The notes beneath the pieces are model-generated. The model made no database searches, was not told the origin of the DNA, and saw only the letters and a program-made list of their open reading frames with translations. From Octopus vulgaris (Eukaryota): a DNA stretch of 64,000 nt. A program made the position numbers and the translations under genes. Location of the stretch: contig OX597814.1 in assembly GCA_951406725.2 (NCBI GenBank), positions 116,064,001 through 116,128,000 on the forward strand, read 5' to 3'. Every line of letters starts with the position of its first letter. The stretch's first letter is position 1. This document shows, piece by piece, positions 40,090 to 56,129 of this stretch.

Positions 40090-40765
40090 TTTTTATCTTT
40101 TATCTTTTACTCGAGTCATTAGATTGCGACCATGCTGGGGCACCGCGTTGAAGAGGTTTTAGTCGAATAAATTGAACCCAATACTTATTCTTTGTTATGT
40201 ACAGAACTTATTCTGTCGGTCGTTTTTGTTGAACCGCTAGAATACGGAGACGTAAAGGCAACTACATTGGTTGTAAAGGGGTGGTGGGAGACAAATAAAC
40301 ACACACAAGGAACATTTAAAGAATCATTTCAGCATTATGTACCAAACAACTTGTAATCCATTAATTAATCTGAAATTCTAGAATGTTATTAAAATATTTT
40401 TTTTTAATGTGTATATGTGTTGCCAAGCTGCAGTGTGGGAAGGATTTTCATTGCCCAACATATTGTTGAAGATCAAAATGGATGAAAGTAATGGTGGACT
40501 ACAGAATATTTGTTCTAAAATTTGATGCAATCTAGTTTATTTACTCCACAAAATTGTCATGCAAGTTTAGGAGAGAGAACAAAAAAATGAGGTAACTAAT
40601 TGAAAGGAGAAAGGGGGAGCATAACGGATAAAACAAAAACACACATATATGTATACAACAGGCTTCCTTTAGTTTCCGTCTACCATATTATCTCACAAGG
40701 CTTTGTCTGGACGGAAGCTATAGAAGAAAGCTATTTAAGGTGGCAAGCAGTGGGACTGAAACTGA
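40090..40765 (-). mobile_element. Degraded SINE family C split by a ~320-bp insert
   Basis: 3' half at 40090-40305 and 5' half at 40640-40765. Confidence 0.55.
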
Positions 40766-41043
40766 AGTCACGTCTTCCTGTTTGCCTCTCTTTTTCCTTC
40801 ACTCTTTTTTTTTTCACTAATGCTATTTGTAAAAGATAACGTTTGGAATACATATTTCCATTGAGCCAACCTCTTCTATTCTCTGCATTTCTAATCTGTA
40901 ATAATGTCAAGGGAGTGTCTGTAACTTGATGTATCTCAAAGAGCATCGTTCCTGATGCATTGATTTTTTCGATTTGTTTCTCTCGAAGTCGTTTTTATTG
41001 TCAGTGATACGTACAATCATTTACTTAACATACATACATGCAG

Positions 41044-41084
<41 letters not shown>

Positions 41085-41394
41085 GAGAGAGAGAGAGAAA
41101 GAGAGAGAGAGAAAGAGAAGGGGAGAGGGGAGAAAGAGAAAGAGAGAGACTCGTCTGCTGGTTTTAATCATAGGACTGCATCCTCTATGGATTTAGTTGA
41201 TCACAGACAGATATATATTCCGGGTTGGTACTTAGGTACTTATGTCATCGATCTACATTTATATTTAGTTTGACAGACGTGAAACAATAAAAATTAAATA
41301 AAAGACACGGAATAAACATATTATTACTTAAAGGCAATAATCCAAACTGGATGTATTTTAGAAAACATGAAAAGACTTCACTATATATTCTTTA

Positions 41395-41682
41395 AGTCTG
41401 GTGCTTATCCTGTCGGTTTCTTCTGCTGAAGTGCTGAATTACGGGGACGAAAATAAACCATCAACGGTTATTAACGAGTGTTGAGGACGAACACAGACGC
41501 AAAACTCAGAGAGACACGACGAGATTCCTCACCGTTTCCGTCTTTCAAATTCATTTACAAGACTTTGGTTAGTCGACGACCACAGTGGAAGAAATTTGCC
41601 AAAGGTGTCGCTCAGCAGGACTGAACCTGCAACCTCGTGGTTCCAAAGCAAGCCTCTTAACCATACGGCTAAGCCTGTGCCT
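41395..41682 (-). mobile_element. Degraded SINE family C
   Basis: TTTCCGTCTTTCAAATTCATTTACAAGACTTTGGT..TTGCCAAAGGTGTCGC..GACTGAACC. Confidence 0.55.
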
Positions 41683-42278
41683 ATTAGTGATGTGGTCTTC
41701 ACTGACATTCTATTGTTTGCCTATCTCCTGTTTATTAGCCTCAGATTTTCTTTCTAAAACAACGCATCGTCGTTATTCGTTTTGGAGAAGTTCACCTGAA
41801 ATCTAAATGACACATTGTTCTCGTTTCCAGCACCGTCAACTTCATATTCTTCCACTGAGTGACAACTTTGTGCATTTTACATGCATTTCCTGCCCTCGCT
41901 GTTGATGTATCTCTGTTTACTTTTTCCGCTACAGCGATCTATCAATCCATTCAAACTCTCCTCTGCTTTAGTTCCCGCAAACAGATGAAGTAATAGTGCT
42001 GGGAGAGAGGTTTGTATGTCTTTTGGGGGCTTACATAAAGTACCACACACTTTCTTTAAAGGCAGCGGTGTACCACCTTTCTTCTAGCTCGATACTAGGC
42101 AAATTGTTCAAGATAAACAGTCCTTTGTAACGCAGTATTTTCGCTGACTGAATCTCATCTATGTCTAAAATTTTCTTCTCCGAAACGATTTTTGCAAAGA
42201 TGTGTGTTGATGTTTTTATTGCTAAAGATTTGTTCAAATTTGAAACTATTCTGAATTTTATTCTCCTTATTAGTAAAA

Positions 42279-42591
42279 GTGGAGGCACAATGGCCCAGTG
42301 GTTAGGGCAGCGAACTCGCGGTCGGAGGATTGCGGTTTCGATTCCCAAACCGGGCGTTGTGTGTGTTTATTGAGCGAAAACACCTAAAAGCTCCACATGG
42401 CTCCGGCAGGGGATGGTGGCGACCCCATGTTGTACTCTTTCGCCACAACCTTCTCTCACTCTCTCTTCTTGTTTCTTGAGTAACGCTGCGATGGACTGGC
42501 GCCCCGTCCAGCTGGGGGGAACACATATGCCACAGAAACCGGGCCCATGAGCCTGGCTAGGCTTGAAAAGGGCGACGTTTTTTATCGTATC
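42279..42591 (+). mobile_element. SINE family A, full length, 10-bp TSD
   Basis: TSD ATTAGTAAAA at 42269-42278 and 42592-42601. Head GTGGAGGCACAATGGCCCAGTGGTTAGGGCAGCGAACTCGCGG..GGTTTCGATTCCC. Confidence 0.9.
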
Positions 42592-44709
42592 ATTAGTAAA
42601 AAATAATTGTTTTGTCTATTGGATTTGCATGTGTAACGCTGTTCACTACATTTTATATATTGCTGAAGAGGAATTTTGAGGTACCCCATTGCTCTACTTG
42701 TACAAGGTGGTGAGCACTTCATGATATTCCAGGTACCAGGCACCCACTAATGTATTTTTCTTTCATGACCCAGAACTGCAGCTCCGTCAAAGAATGAACC
42801 CCGGAGAAACGTGTCTTAAAAACGTTTACCCCTTTTGGTTCCCGTGCAGGAAAATGTGCAAGTGGTGCAGCCTCAGCGCGGGTTCGTGCATCTGCAGCAA
42901 CAATATTCCGAGCACAGCTAGGCGCAAGGCTAGAAATTTTGAGAAGAGTGATTTAGTCGATTACATCGAATTCGTACCAACGCTTTATATTCTGAGATCA
43001 AATCCCACGGAAGTGAGTCTTGTCTTTCATTCTAATAAGGTTGATAAAATAAAACACAAGAGTCGTTCTGGAGTCAATTTGACTATTCTCTTCTACTCCT
43101 AAATTGCTAGCCTTATACCTAAATTTGAAATTAAATTGAAAACCATTGTAAGGTATTTACTTGTGGGGGTGGGTTGAGCCGGCAGTGAGAACCGCATGTT
43201 CGGTGTTTCAGTGAGGATATAAGTTCACATGTGGTTCCCTGTCACACGCATGCACACTTTGTGATAGTGTGACCCGTAATAGCTCGTCTTACCGTCGATT
43301 GTCGACAGTTGCAAAGGATAAGTTATTTAGCAAGGGACTATAAAATTGGACTATAAAATTAAGAGAAAGTTTCAAGTGAAGTCTTCTGTGCACTTTCGTT
43401 TCCCAGTTGAGGGTCATTTTACTTCAAAAGAATAAGAAGAAATGTCGTTTTGGAAAGATACAATCAATGCAATGTCACTCATAAGTTGAACGCCAATGTG
43501 GGAGCCTCTACGGGATATAGCAACCAGATACTCTGGAAATCATATCTTAGTGTATTCTAAGTTGAAGGACACATGCATATAATATAAGCGCGGTTGTCAA
43601 TAACAGAATCGCTAAGGAAATTCCACGGCTAGTACACCTTCCTTATGGCCATTTCAGACACGACTTCATCAGAACAGCAGTGGAAATAAGAATCAACATT
43701 TAGAAGCTTTGAATATGCAAAATGAAAACGACGATGACGACGACGGTGACGACGACAAACCAAATAGCAATACGATTTTAATAAAAAGTTAAAATACGGC
43801 AGAAACCAAACCAAGAATCTGCCAATATTCGGGATTGCGAACTGAGCACTCATTCCAAAGAATCAACTATCTTTTGATCGTACATGGCGTGTATCAATAT
43901 ATTACGTACAAAATAATACAAGTCATTCTATTTGTAAGGATATTTGAATACTAAATGTCGTTATGGGATACAATTATTCCATCTGAAAGTGTTAGAAGGT
44001 GAACTTGTTGTGCAAAGGACAGCTGCTGTTAAAAATCTGAAGATGACGATATACAAACAATGATAAAACATTTAGTTCTAATTGCATCCGGGTATTAAAA
44101 CTGACAAGCTTTATAAATACAGAAAAATGATGGCTGCGAAATTAATTTTTTCGATCAATAACGATAAATCAGTTTTCTGATTGTATTCCTTCACACAAAC
44201 CGATACATTTTCAATAACGTCCCACGTAAATGGCCAGAATCCCAGAGGAGTGGGATGGGAACGAAATATAGAATTATTGATGGAAGTGGGCAGAGAGCGT
44301 GAAGGGAAGGACAAGATAGATATCAAGATAATAGACAGGGAGAGGAAGTAAGGGAAAAAGAATGGGAAGAGGAAAATGAAGAGGAGAAGAAACTATTTTG
44401 CACTATTGTGGTATTCAGAACAAGTATATCTGTGATTTACTGTTGCTATAACAACAGTAACGGAAATAACATTGGAATAAAAATCGAAGCCACAACGCGG
44501 TTGATCAGATGCTAAAAACAGCAGCCGTATAGCCCTCAAACACATCAATACCTAAAGTAAGAAAATACACAGCAGGCCATGTACTTCCAGTAATGCCGTA
44601 CACCGTACAAGACAGGATAGACACGTCAGCGTATAACACAGAAAGAGAAAACTGTCAGAGCCGTCTTGGGGTTGGAGATCGATAACAAGAACAACAATTA
44701 CGATAATAA

Positions 44710-45255
44710 TCTTTTCTACTATAAGCACAAGGCCTGAAATTTTTGGGGAGGGGCCAGTCGATTAGATCAACCACAGTATGCAGCTGGTGCTTAATTTATC
44801 GACTCCGAAAGGATGAAAGGCAAAATCGACCTTGGCGTGCTAACGTTTCTCATTTCTTTATTGCCCACAAGGGGCTAAACATAGAGGGGACAAACAAGGA
44901 CATATAAAGGGATTAATTCGATTACATCGACACCAGTGCGTAACTGGTACTTAATTTATTGACCCCGAAAGGATGAAAGGCAACGTCGACCTTGGCGGAA
45001 TTTGAACTCAGAACATAAAGACAGACGAAATACCTATTTACCAAGGGGCTAAACACAGAGGGGACAAACAAGGACAGACAAACGGATTAAATCGATTGTA
45101 TCGACCCCAGTGCGTAACTGGTACTTAATTTATCGACCCCGAAAGGATGAAAGGCAAAATCGACCCTGGCAGAATTTGAACTCAGAACGTAGCAGCAGAC
45201 GAAATACCGCTAAACATTTCGCCCGGCGTGCTAACGTTTCTGCCAGCTCACCATC
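44710..45255 (-). mobile_element. SINE family B multimer (dimer plus an alternative-tail unit)
   Basis: Three CCGAAAGGATGAAAGGCAA..TCGAC cores at ~44805, ~44963 and ~45137; head near 45250. Confidence 0.85.
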
Positions 45256-47139
45256 TTACAACTACGATAATAATGATAACAACAATAATAATAGTGATAA
45301 TAATAATAATAGAAAGTAGAGAAATAAATAATGAATAAGTAGAATCCCCAGTAGCGGGCTGTCCACTTAGGGTAATCCGTGATAAACCCCACACAAAAAT
45401 TCGGATTACTCTGCCAAATCCAAGACATGGGAAAATGCCCTCTTCCAATTTCTTTCCTCCTGCTTACAAAAGCATATTCAAAGTAGATCCATTCAGCCTC
45501 ACCACTCTTGCCACTTGTCTCGAACAAGCACTACCAAACACTACCAAACATAAGACCCGAAGGTCTTATGGAAGTGACTACTCAGACTGTTCTCGTCGAT
45601 ACCTAAATTCAATCCTAGGCCATAATTACTCAAACCCTCAACTAGCTCTCTCTGTAGAAATCTTGGTTTGTTTTCCTGCTAACGGTTTTGGGCAGCTGGT
45701 ACAATGCAGTGAGCACCTGGCAACATTTTAGATGCCAAACGCCCAACCCTGGCCTACGTTTGATCCAAGACTGCAGCTCTGTCAGTGAGATGAGCTGCGG
45801 AAAGACGTGTCGCACGAAAGACGCCCACACCAATTCACACTTATTTTCGTCGTCGACGTCTTCCACATCATCGCAGTGATTTAGATATTTCTGTTGGTGC
45901 GACAGTCTCAAAGTATAAATTCTTATAAAGATTTTATCCTATTTTTCAACTGTAAATTTAACCGGAATATATTCAGTGATGAATTTTATTCCGAATAAAC
46001 ACGTGTACCGAGATGCAATTCGAAAAGCCCGCCTTTTACATAGACATATAAGGGTGAACAATCATATGTACTATGCTGGATACATTTGGTGTTCGTCTGG
46101 TATGCTGATTTATTGTTAATTTTTATGTGCTTGCACTGAAGATTTAAAAGTACATTTTGTGCACTACTTATGAAATCATATGATATGCAGCTGAAATCTG
46201 TTTTTAAAATGCACGCTTCGAGAGTTGTATTCCCTCGAATACGGTAGAATGTGTTTATTTATTATGGTAGTTTTGACTTTAAGAGTCCATCCTAGTATGT
46301 ATAGTACTAGTATATGTATAGTAATGCCCTTAATATAAGTAAATATATTTAAGAAGAAAAATTGATAGATTTTTCCCTTATGAGGTTTTTCACACTAACT
46401 ATTTGATAAATTCTTATAAAGATTTTATCCTATTTTCAATTGTATATATCTGTATGTAAGAGCAGAACATTTTGCCGGTAGCCAGCCATGATGATCGAAC
46501 TCACACCCCTCCAATATCCGGTTGGAGTGCTCTGCCGTTTAAGTTAAATTGCCCAACAGGCAAATTCTTCTGCAAATTTAGAAGTCATCCAGAAACGCTT
46601 GATGTGTGTGTGTGTGCGTGCGCGTGTGTGTGTGTTTGTGTGTGTGTATGTGTGTGTATTTTAAGGGCTATAAAATATAAATATGATAACCAGTGCAAAC
46701 ATTATCTGATAAAGGACTTAATATATTGCGTATAGTGGACAGGTATGTTCATTATATTCGACATAGTAAACACACAAAAACAAAAGACAACATAAACCCC
46801 AAATCCCAAACTACGGGTAGTTCTACCTCTTACATCCGTTTAACAACAAAATATTTCTGGGATAATATAGATGCAAGGCTTTCTAATAATTACTAATCGA
46901 CTGGAGATTTATTTCAAAGTTAACTACTTAGTATTTTGAGCGAATCGAAACAAAATATAATTGATTGTAAAATAAAAACAGTATTAATGTGATTTAGAAA
47001 AGAAATAAAGCATTTAACCTACCTACAAGCACTAAAATTATATGATAGTTGCTGCCAAAAATTTGATTAGGTATCGAGTCTTATTCATTGTTTAACAATA
47101 TGTAAGTATAAACATCCATCCATTCTTATGTATATGTAT

Positions 47140-48109
<970 letters not shown>

Positions 48110-48868
48110 GCCCAACATGTCGTGTATGCCGACAACAAAATGAAACCATTGATCATGTTGTCTCCAAATGCAGTCTTCTAGCGCCTATAGAGTAACTCAA
48201 CAGGCATGATAGAGCTGCACAATATATTCACAGGGTAATTTGCAAAAACCTGGATTTGCCCCATGAGAAAACTGGTGGGAACACAATCCACCTCCAGTGC
48301 TTGAAAATGACCACATCTCACTCCTCTGGAACTTCACCATTCAAACTGACAGAAAGATAGATGCAAATAGGCCAGACATCATATTGAAAGACTTCAGACA
48401 AAGAACATGCCTCCTCATTGATATGACTGTCCCAATCGATATAAACGTATCTGTCAAGACCTACCAAAACCTGAGCAAATATAAAGATCTTGAAATAGAA
48501 ATCAGCAAAATGTGGAACCTGAAGACTAAAACAATACCTGTTGTCATAGGTGCCCTGGGGATGATAGCGAAAGGGGCTGATTGCTACCTAACTCAGATAC
48601 CAGGAAACCCCAAAATGGCAGAAATTCAAAAGATAGTGCTCATGGGAACTGCTCATATCCTACGCAAAATACTCTATATGTAATCCCAAGGTTTAAAACA
48701 AACTTTTTTTTAAAATTTATGTTTTAGACATTCACTAGTACAACACCAAAAAAACCCCCAAATATATGGCACACTAGGCATAAGAACAACGTGAACTTCC
48801 AACCTGTTGTCTCTTGAGGTCTCTGGGTGAGACTTGGAGCCAACTTGTACAGACATAAAGCAAAATAG
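48110..48868 (+). mobile_element. 5'-truncated Dong/R4-clade non-LTR retrotransposon (zinc knuckle plus restriction-like endonuclease), pseudogenised
   Basis: CRVCRQQNETIDHVVSKC..RHD..LWNFTIQTDRKIDANRPDII..LIDMTVP..KYKDL..PVVIGALG..TAHILRKIL. Stop at 48193 and frameshift near 48270. Flanked by (TAA)n on both sides. Confidence 0.85.
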
Positions 48869-49830
<962 letters not shown>

Positions 49831-49831
49831 C

Positions 49832-50570
49832 AATAGCTCTCGCTACTAATTCAGTGATGTATAACAGCTATAAAACTTCTGACACCCAGAAATACAGACA
49901 TTGTGGAAAGAGTGTGGAAAATGTGACCCACTTGGTAAGCGGATGTGAGAGCCTTGCGTAAAAATAAATAAATAAATAAATGAATAAATAAATAAATAAA
50001 AAGGGCCGCTACGATAATATGTGTGTGTATTTTAATTAGCTTTTATGCCGTAAATACCGATATGAAGTAACAGAGAACTATTATGAGCATGTACCAAGTA
50101 AAGTTATGCAGGAGGATGGAAAAGTAACGATACTCCGGTACAATGATTTTCATACAGATCGCGTAATCGAACACCGCAGACCGGATATTGTCATATTGAA
50201 TAAGAGAGACAAATACTGTCAGATCATTGATAGAGCCATACGAAATGACATGAATGTTGTGAGTAAAGAGGTTGAAAAAACATCACCAAGTACTTCGAAT
50301 TGAAAGTCGAAATGGCAAGACTGTATGTAATGAGAGGGTAATGTAAAAGTGATACCAATGGTGATCGGAGCGTTGGACTCAATCCCATTGAAACTTTAAG
50401 ACTTCTTGAGGCAACTGGAAATCCCACGCAATATTGATGTCACGCAAAAAGCAGCCTTATTGAGCACTGCGCACATCTTAAGGAAAGTATTATCTATCTG
50501 AGGTCCTTGTTGTGACTTGGCAGATGACTAAAGACACCGGTGCATTTTTACCTATACTGTTACGAAGGAA
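49832..50570 (+). mobile_element. Second, more decayed Dong/R4-clade 3' fragment
   Basis: HCGKSVENVTHLVSGC..DFHTDRVIEHRRPDIVIL..VIPMVIGAL..TAHILRKVLSI with stops and frameshifts. TAA-flanked; 3' UTR motif TGAGGTC..TG.GACTTGG shared with the first copy. Confidence 0.8.
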
Positions 50571-50593
50571 AAATAATGATAATAATGATGATG

Positions 50594-50663
<70 letters not shown>

Positions 50664-50706
50664 TGATGATAATAATAATAAATAAATAAATAAATAAATA
50701 AATAAA

Positions 50707-51666
50707 ACGTTCTGATGCAGTACCTAAAATGCCCCGATGCAAGGCAGTGGCTCTCATGGATTCTGATCTTAACTGATTGGAAGTGTTATCATGTACATTG
50801 TTTTGTCTTGGTATAAAAGATGGACTTCAGCAAATATTCTGCTCAATACCACAGATTTTCTTGTCAGTTGCTTGACCATAACCAGTTGAGCATGTCCCTT
50901 AGTGGCTGATGATATGTGCATCTCTGATCATGAGTTGAAGTAGTGGGGGAGCATCATAGCCATGTGTTGAGAGGGATTCTTTGTGGTTTGGATAATTCAC
51001 TGCTGGAAAGATAGGTGTTTTGTTTAACCTTAAACAACTTTATTCAGGGACTTTTGAGCGGGATGGGTTACTCAACCTGAAAAAAATTCTTACTGGCCCC
51101 ACCTGCAAGTTCATGCGTTGTTTATCATAATATGAGATCATATAGGCGCAGGAGTGGCTGTATGGTAAGTAGCTTGCTAACCAACCACATGGTTCCGGGT
51201 TCAGTCCCACTGCGTGGCACCTTGGGCAAGTGTCTTCTGCTATAGCCCCGGGCCGACCAATGCCTTGTGAGTGGATTTGGTAGACGGAAACTGTCGTATA
51301 TATATATATATGTGTGTGTGTTTCTGTGTCTGTGTTTGTCCCCCTAGCATTGCTTGACAACCAATGCTGGTGTGTTTACGTCCCCGTCACTTAGCGGTTC
51401 GGCAAAAGAGACCGATAGAATAAGTACTGGGCTTACAAAGAATAAGTCCCGGGGTCGATTTGCTCGACTAAAGGTGGTGCTCCAGCATGGCCGCAGTCAA
51501 ATGACTGAAACAAGTAAAAGAGTAAAGAGTAAAGAGTATATGTCGCACACATATGGTTGTGGTGCATGTTCCTGGTTTACTCTTATCAGACGGGTAGTCA
51601 TGATGGGTATATTTTACTCCAGTGTTATTTTGAGGCCATGAACTGCTCTCTCTGTCTCTCTCTCTG

Positions 51667-51698
<32 letters not shown>
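50707..51698. mobile_element. Element X copy 2, interrupted by SINE C
   Basis: Colinear with 49212-49762 apart from the SINE at 51145-51536. Confidence 0.8.
51145..51536 (+). mobile_element. SINE family C, full length, TATA TSD
   Basis: TATA at 51141-51144 and 51537-51540. GGCGCAGGAGTGGCTG..GGCACCTTGGGCAAGTGTC..GAGTAAAGAG. Confidence 0.9.
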
Positions 51699-52235
51699 AA
51701 TAATAATTATAACAATAGTAACGATAATTCTAGGATGCAGTTTATAAATATTCAATAATGGCCATGCTCGTTTCCGCAAATCTCATGATTTAGAAAATTG
51801 CGTAACGATGTATTAGGTATTCATAAATTCCATCCCAGTATTCTTCTTCTTATATTTTTCCTACATTATAAGGGTATAACCATGATGCAACCCCGAAAAA
51901 GAAGTTTTGTTTTGAGCCTTCAAGTCAACCCAACTAACTTAAATAAATAACACTTTGAAACAGTTTTTAAACACATAACGATATTGTTTCATGATTGGAA
52001 AAATATTTATATTTAGAGTGTAATTTAATAACATATAAACAGTTAAAATAAAAAGTAACTGAAAAATATCATAATAAGCACAACCATTGACTAGTTGTGT
52101 CGGCCTGCGTCATCAGAGATCAGTTCGTGGTAAGTGTAACATGGCTCACAATTGAGCGTGACGTGCTATCCCGGATCAGCGATAGTTAATGAGTCGGTGA
52201 TAGGTTAAGATAGTTGTATATCATCACACAAACAC

Positions 52236-52316
<81 letters not shown>

Positions 52317-52317
52317 T

Positions 52318-52751
52318 GCGGATTACTGTTACCATTCATCCGGAGTACACCACTCTAATCGTGATTGGAGATCATCAAAAATTTGTCCGTGACTCTTCTC
52401 GTCCTCTTTTTATCTTTCTTCTTTCTTCTACCTCCACTTTTCTCTCTTTGTCGCCACCATTTACACCTACACCAACATTCACACCCTCTCACCATGCCTG
52501 CTTAGAAAGAACCTTTTCTTCACCCATTCCCTTCCGGTCATTTCAATATGTGACCGCGTGTGTAGTGTTGGCGATTTTCTTTCTCCACCTTCCCTTTATT
52601 CGACCTTTCCTTTTTCTATATTTCTGACGAAGAACTCCGCTCGAACGTTAAATCCCCCTTCTTTCTTTCCTTTCCTGAGCGTCCAGTAACATTATACTTG
52701 TTCCACGTCTTCGCGTTGTTGTGTTTTCTCTTTGTTTATGTTTGGATTCAC

Positions 52752-52752
<1 letters not shown>
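52318..52752 (+). mobile_element. TA-embedded hammerhead-bearing repeat, family H5
   Basis: ATTT-CTGACGA(52624-52630)-AGAACTCCGCTC-GAACGTT-AAAT. The 3' part is homologous to 61282-61485 and 61527-61726. Confidence 0.7.
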
Positions 52753-52801
<49 letters not shown>

Positions 52802-52802
<1 letters not shown>

Positions 52803-53168
52803 TAGCAGTATCGCCCGGCGATGCTCGGGTTTGTTTCTCATCCTTTAGAATTGGAATTTTTGAAATGCAAAAATTTTGCATTATGTAGCTTGTTATTCTC
52901 TTTAAGAGAAAAATTTTCTGGTTGAAATACAGCGAAGAAGTGCGACACAGCAGTCAAAAATAGGGATTTTCATAGAAAAAAAGCACCCTTTTGATGTAAA
53001 TAAATTTTGGTGTTAACATGGTCCGATTTGAATTTTTTCTTCTACGGAAGGAAGAACAAGCCTTCTTCTATCATACTCTCAATTTTAGTCAACCTGTGTC
53101 GCAGGGTCTCGAGGAGATAGTGTTAGTTGAAGGCTAGCAAACCTGCCATACACAGAAAACTTCAGCTT

Positions 53169-53172
<4 letters not shown>
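52802..53172 (-). mobile_element. Non-autonomous Helitron (same family as 21990-22350)
   Basis: A|CTAGCAGTATCGCCCGGCGATGCTCGGG end on the minus strand; internal homology to the 21990 copy. Confidence 0.85.
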
Positions 53173-53247
<75 letters not shown>

Positions 53248-53869
53248 TTGCGTGTGTCTTATGTGTGTGTGTGTGTATGTAAAATGGAAATGGAAGTTGT
53301 TATAATGAACGTATTAATGTGCTGGGAGAAATGATATTGTTTATTGATATAATATAAACCGCAGCCATATGGCAATTAATTGATGCTAACTCTCCAGAAG
53401 ATATTAAATTTTAGCATGAATAAAAAATGCAAACTTTCAGTGATGGCGTATGTTGTATATGGTTTTTTTCTGTTAAGTATATTTAAATTGACGTATGAAG
53501 TAAAATGAGTACCGTTTTGAAAAATGCTGAATCTCACCTTAACAACAGCTGGTAAACTCAACTTTGTGTTTAATTGCGTCTTTCACAAAGCACAGATTTT
53601 AATTTTGAAATACAGTCTCTCAGTGTTACAACGGTATAAATGCTGACAAGCATCGTAAGATTTTCGAAATAGATAAAAAAAGAATTAAATATGTGAACTC
53701 TTCACATCTTCTTACTCCTAATTTCAAATTTAAATTTCTAATCACGTCTTCTTAGATCAAAGTTATTTTCTTTGTATTAACGATCATTGTTAGAAGGCGA
53801 CACATTTATGTATTTATACACATATACCTATACATACACGCTCACATGCACACATGTATGCTCTATTAT

Positions 53870-54180
53870 TTGTTTCCGACATTGGACGCGGTAATGCTGG
53901 GGCATTCCCTTGAAGTGTTTAGTCGATCAAATCTCGATAGCTATACGGATCATAAGTCAGGTTTTTTCTATCGCTTTCTATCTGCCGAACCGTTAATAGA
54001 CATTAACAAACCAACACCCGCTGGCAGACAAGGAAAGCAAATACGTGATTGTTTACCGTGGTCTTTAACAAATTCTCACACAAGTTATTGTTGAAGACAC
54101 CGAAATTGCCGTGTAGTGTGTCTGAACTTGAAACCATGTAGTTGAGAATCGAATTGTTTAGCCAATAAGCTATGCCCACG
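53870..54180 (-). mobile_element. Highly degraded SINE family C
   Basis: GCGGTAATGCTGGGGCA..TGCCGAACCG..TTGTTGAAGACAC..TGAACTTGAAACCATGTAGTTG. Confidence 0.5.
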
Positions 54181-54540
54181 TCAACATATTCAAGATACAT
54201 ATTTTTCTTGTAACTGTTATGGCTTCAAACATACGTATATAGTTTTTGAAACGTTATCATACTATAAGAGATAACTATTATCTGAAGATAACAATATTAT
54301 ATAATTATCTTTTGGGTATTTCACTAAATCTAAATCTAAGATTTTAATTAATACTAGAAACTCAAGACATTCTATGATATTTATCAATTTCAGATGTTCG
54401 AAATAGATACATAGGTATATTATACAAGCCATAAGAAATAAGCATCTCTCTAATTTTATTCTCTAGAAATTATCTCCCCTTGCTGCACAATTCTTCCATA
54501 GCTTCATGGTATGTTGGTATATACAAACATATCCTACTTA

Positions 54541-54924
54541 TCTCTCTCTATATAAACGGCAGTTTGTCTGTGCGTGTTTCTGTGTGTCTGTTTTCTCGTA
54601 CCCTCACCCTGACCACGGCTTTCAACCGATTCTGATGAAACTTGACACACACATAGCCCAATGTCATAATTCAAAACTAACGCAGCGAAAATTTTGAAAA
54701 GTTCCCCCAGTTCTGAAAAAAATCGATAAATTCGACATGGGGTCGAGAATCAGAAACCCAAACCACAGACCGTCTAGGGGACGCAACTCCACCTTTTTTA
54801 ACTCTCAAAAAAATTTACCATCATTTTTTCCCCATTTTTTTGCTATTTTTTGGCTATAACTCTCTAAAAATGCTTTATAGTTATTTCCCTTACAAACCTG
54901 AGCAACGCCGGGCGATACTGCTAG
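54541..54924 (+). mobile_element. Non-autonomous Helitron, second family
   Basis: A|TCTCTCTCTATATAAA start and ACAAACCTGAGCAACGCCGGGCGATACTGCTAG|T end. Confidence 0.85.
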
Positions 54925-55230
54925 TCAAATCTAAAACAAAACCGTTCAGCGAAACTTGTATGATTTCAAGCACTTATTCACTTATTTTTGACTCAATTCA
55001 CATTGATTGAATATATAGAGAAATAACAGAACTGTAAATATGTTTAACCATTATATTTACCTTGATACTGTAGGACTAAGTCCAACGCTGACATGACGTT
55101 TGTATATGTAACGCTAGCTTCTGAAGTTATGTCTTCTAATTTAGCTGCTCAGAGTTGTAATGGCAGCTTGAAAGAAAGGTTGCTTGAGGCAACCTTCGAT
55201 TCCAACAGGCAATGTTACAAATTTTCTCGC

Positions 55231-55770
<540 letters not shown>

Positions 55771-56129
55771 AAAAAATATATCTTCGTAGGTGTGAAATGG
55801 GTCCCAACAGGCTACTGGTATGTGTAATCCTGGTTTGTTAGGCTGTGTTCTAATTTCGGTGGTAGAAAACTATCGTGCCACCTTAGTGTAGTGGCTAACT
55901 TGCTGGTACAACTTAGAACTATCGCAGCGTTCGATACCAATCGGCGATGTTGCAACTTTCTTCTACTTTTCTCTATATGCATGATATATTAAGGTCCCTA
56001 AGTTTGATCGTTTTTTTTATTAACGTAGATAAAGGCTATTCGCCTTTTAAATTTTGGTTTGGCACAGTATCTCTCTTTGATCTATTACAGTGACGTCTTA
56101 AGTCTTTTACAAAGAGTCAGGAACACTAC

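Noticed and set aside
42279-42355. Possible tRNA-Arg(TCG) gene
   Set aside because: It continues into a SINE body and is TSD-flanked, so it is a SINE head; the same applies to the other A, C and D heads.
46472-46560. tRNA-like segment on the minus strand (similar weak signal near 55877-55950 on plus)
   Set aside because: Only partial A/B-box similarity and no cloverleaf; probably old SINE heads.
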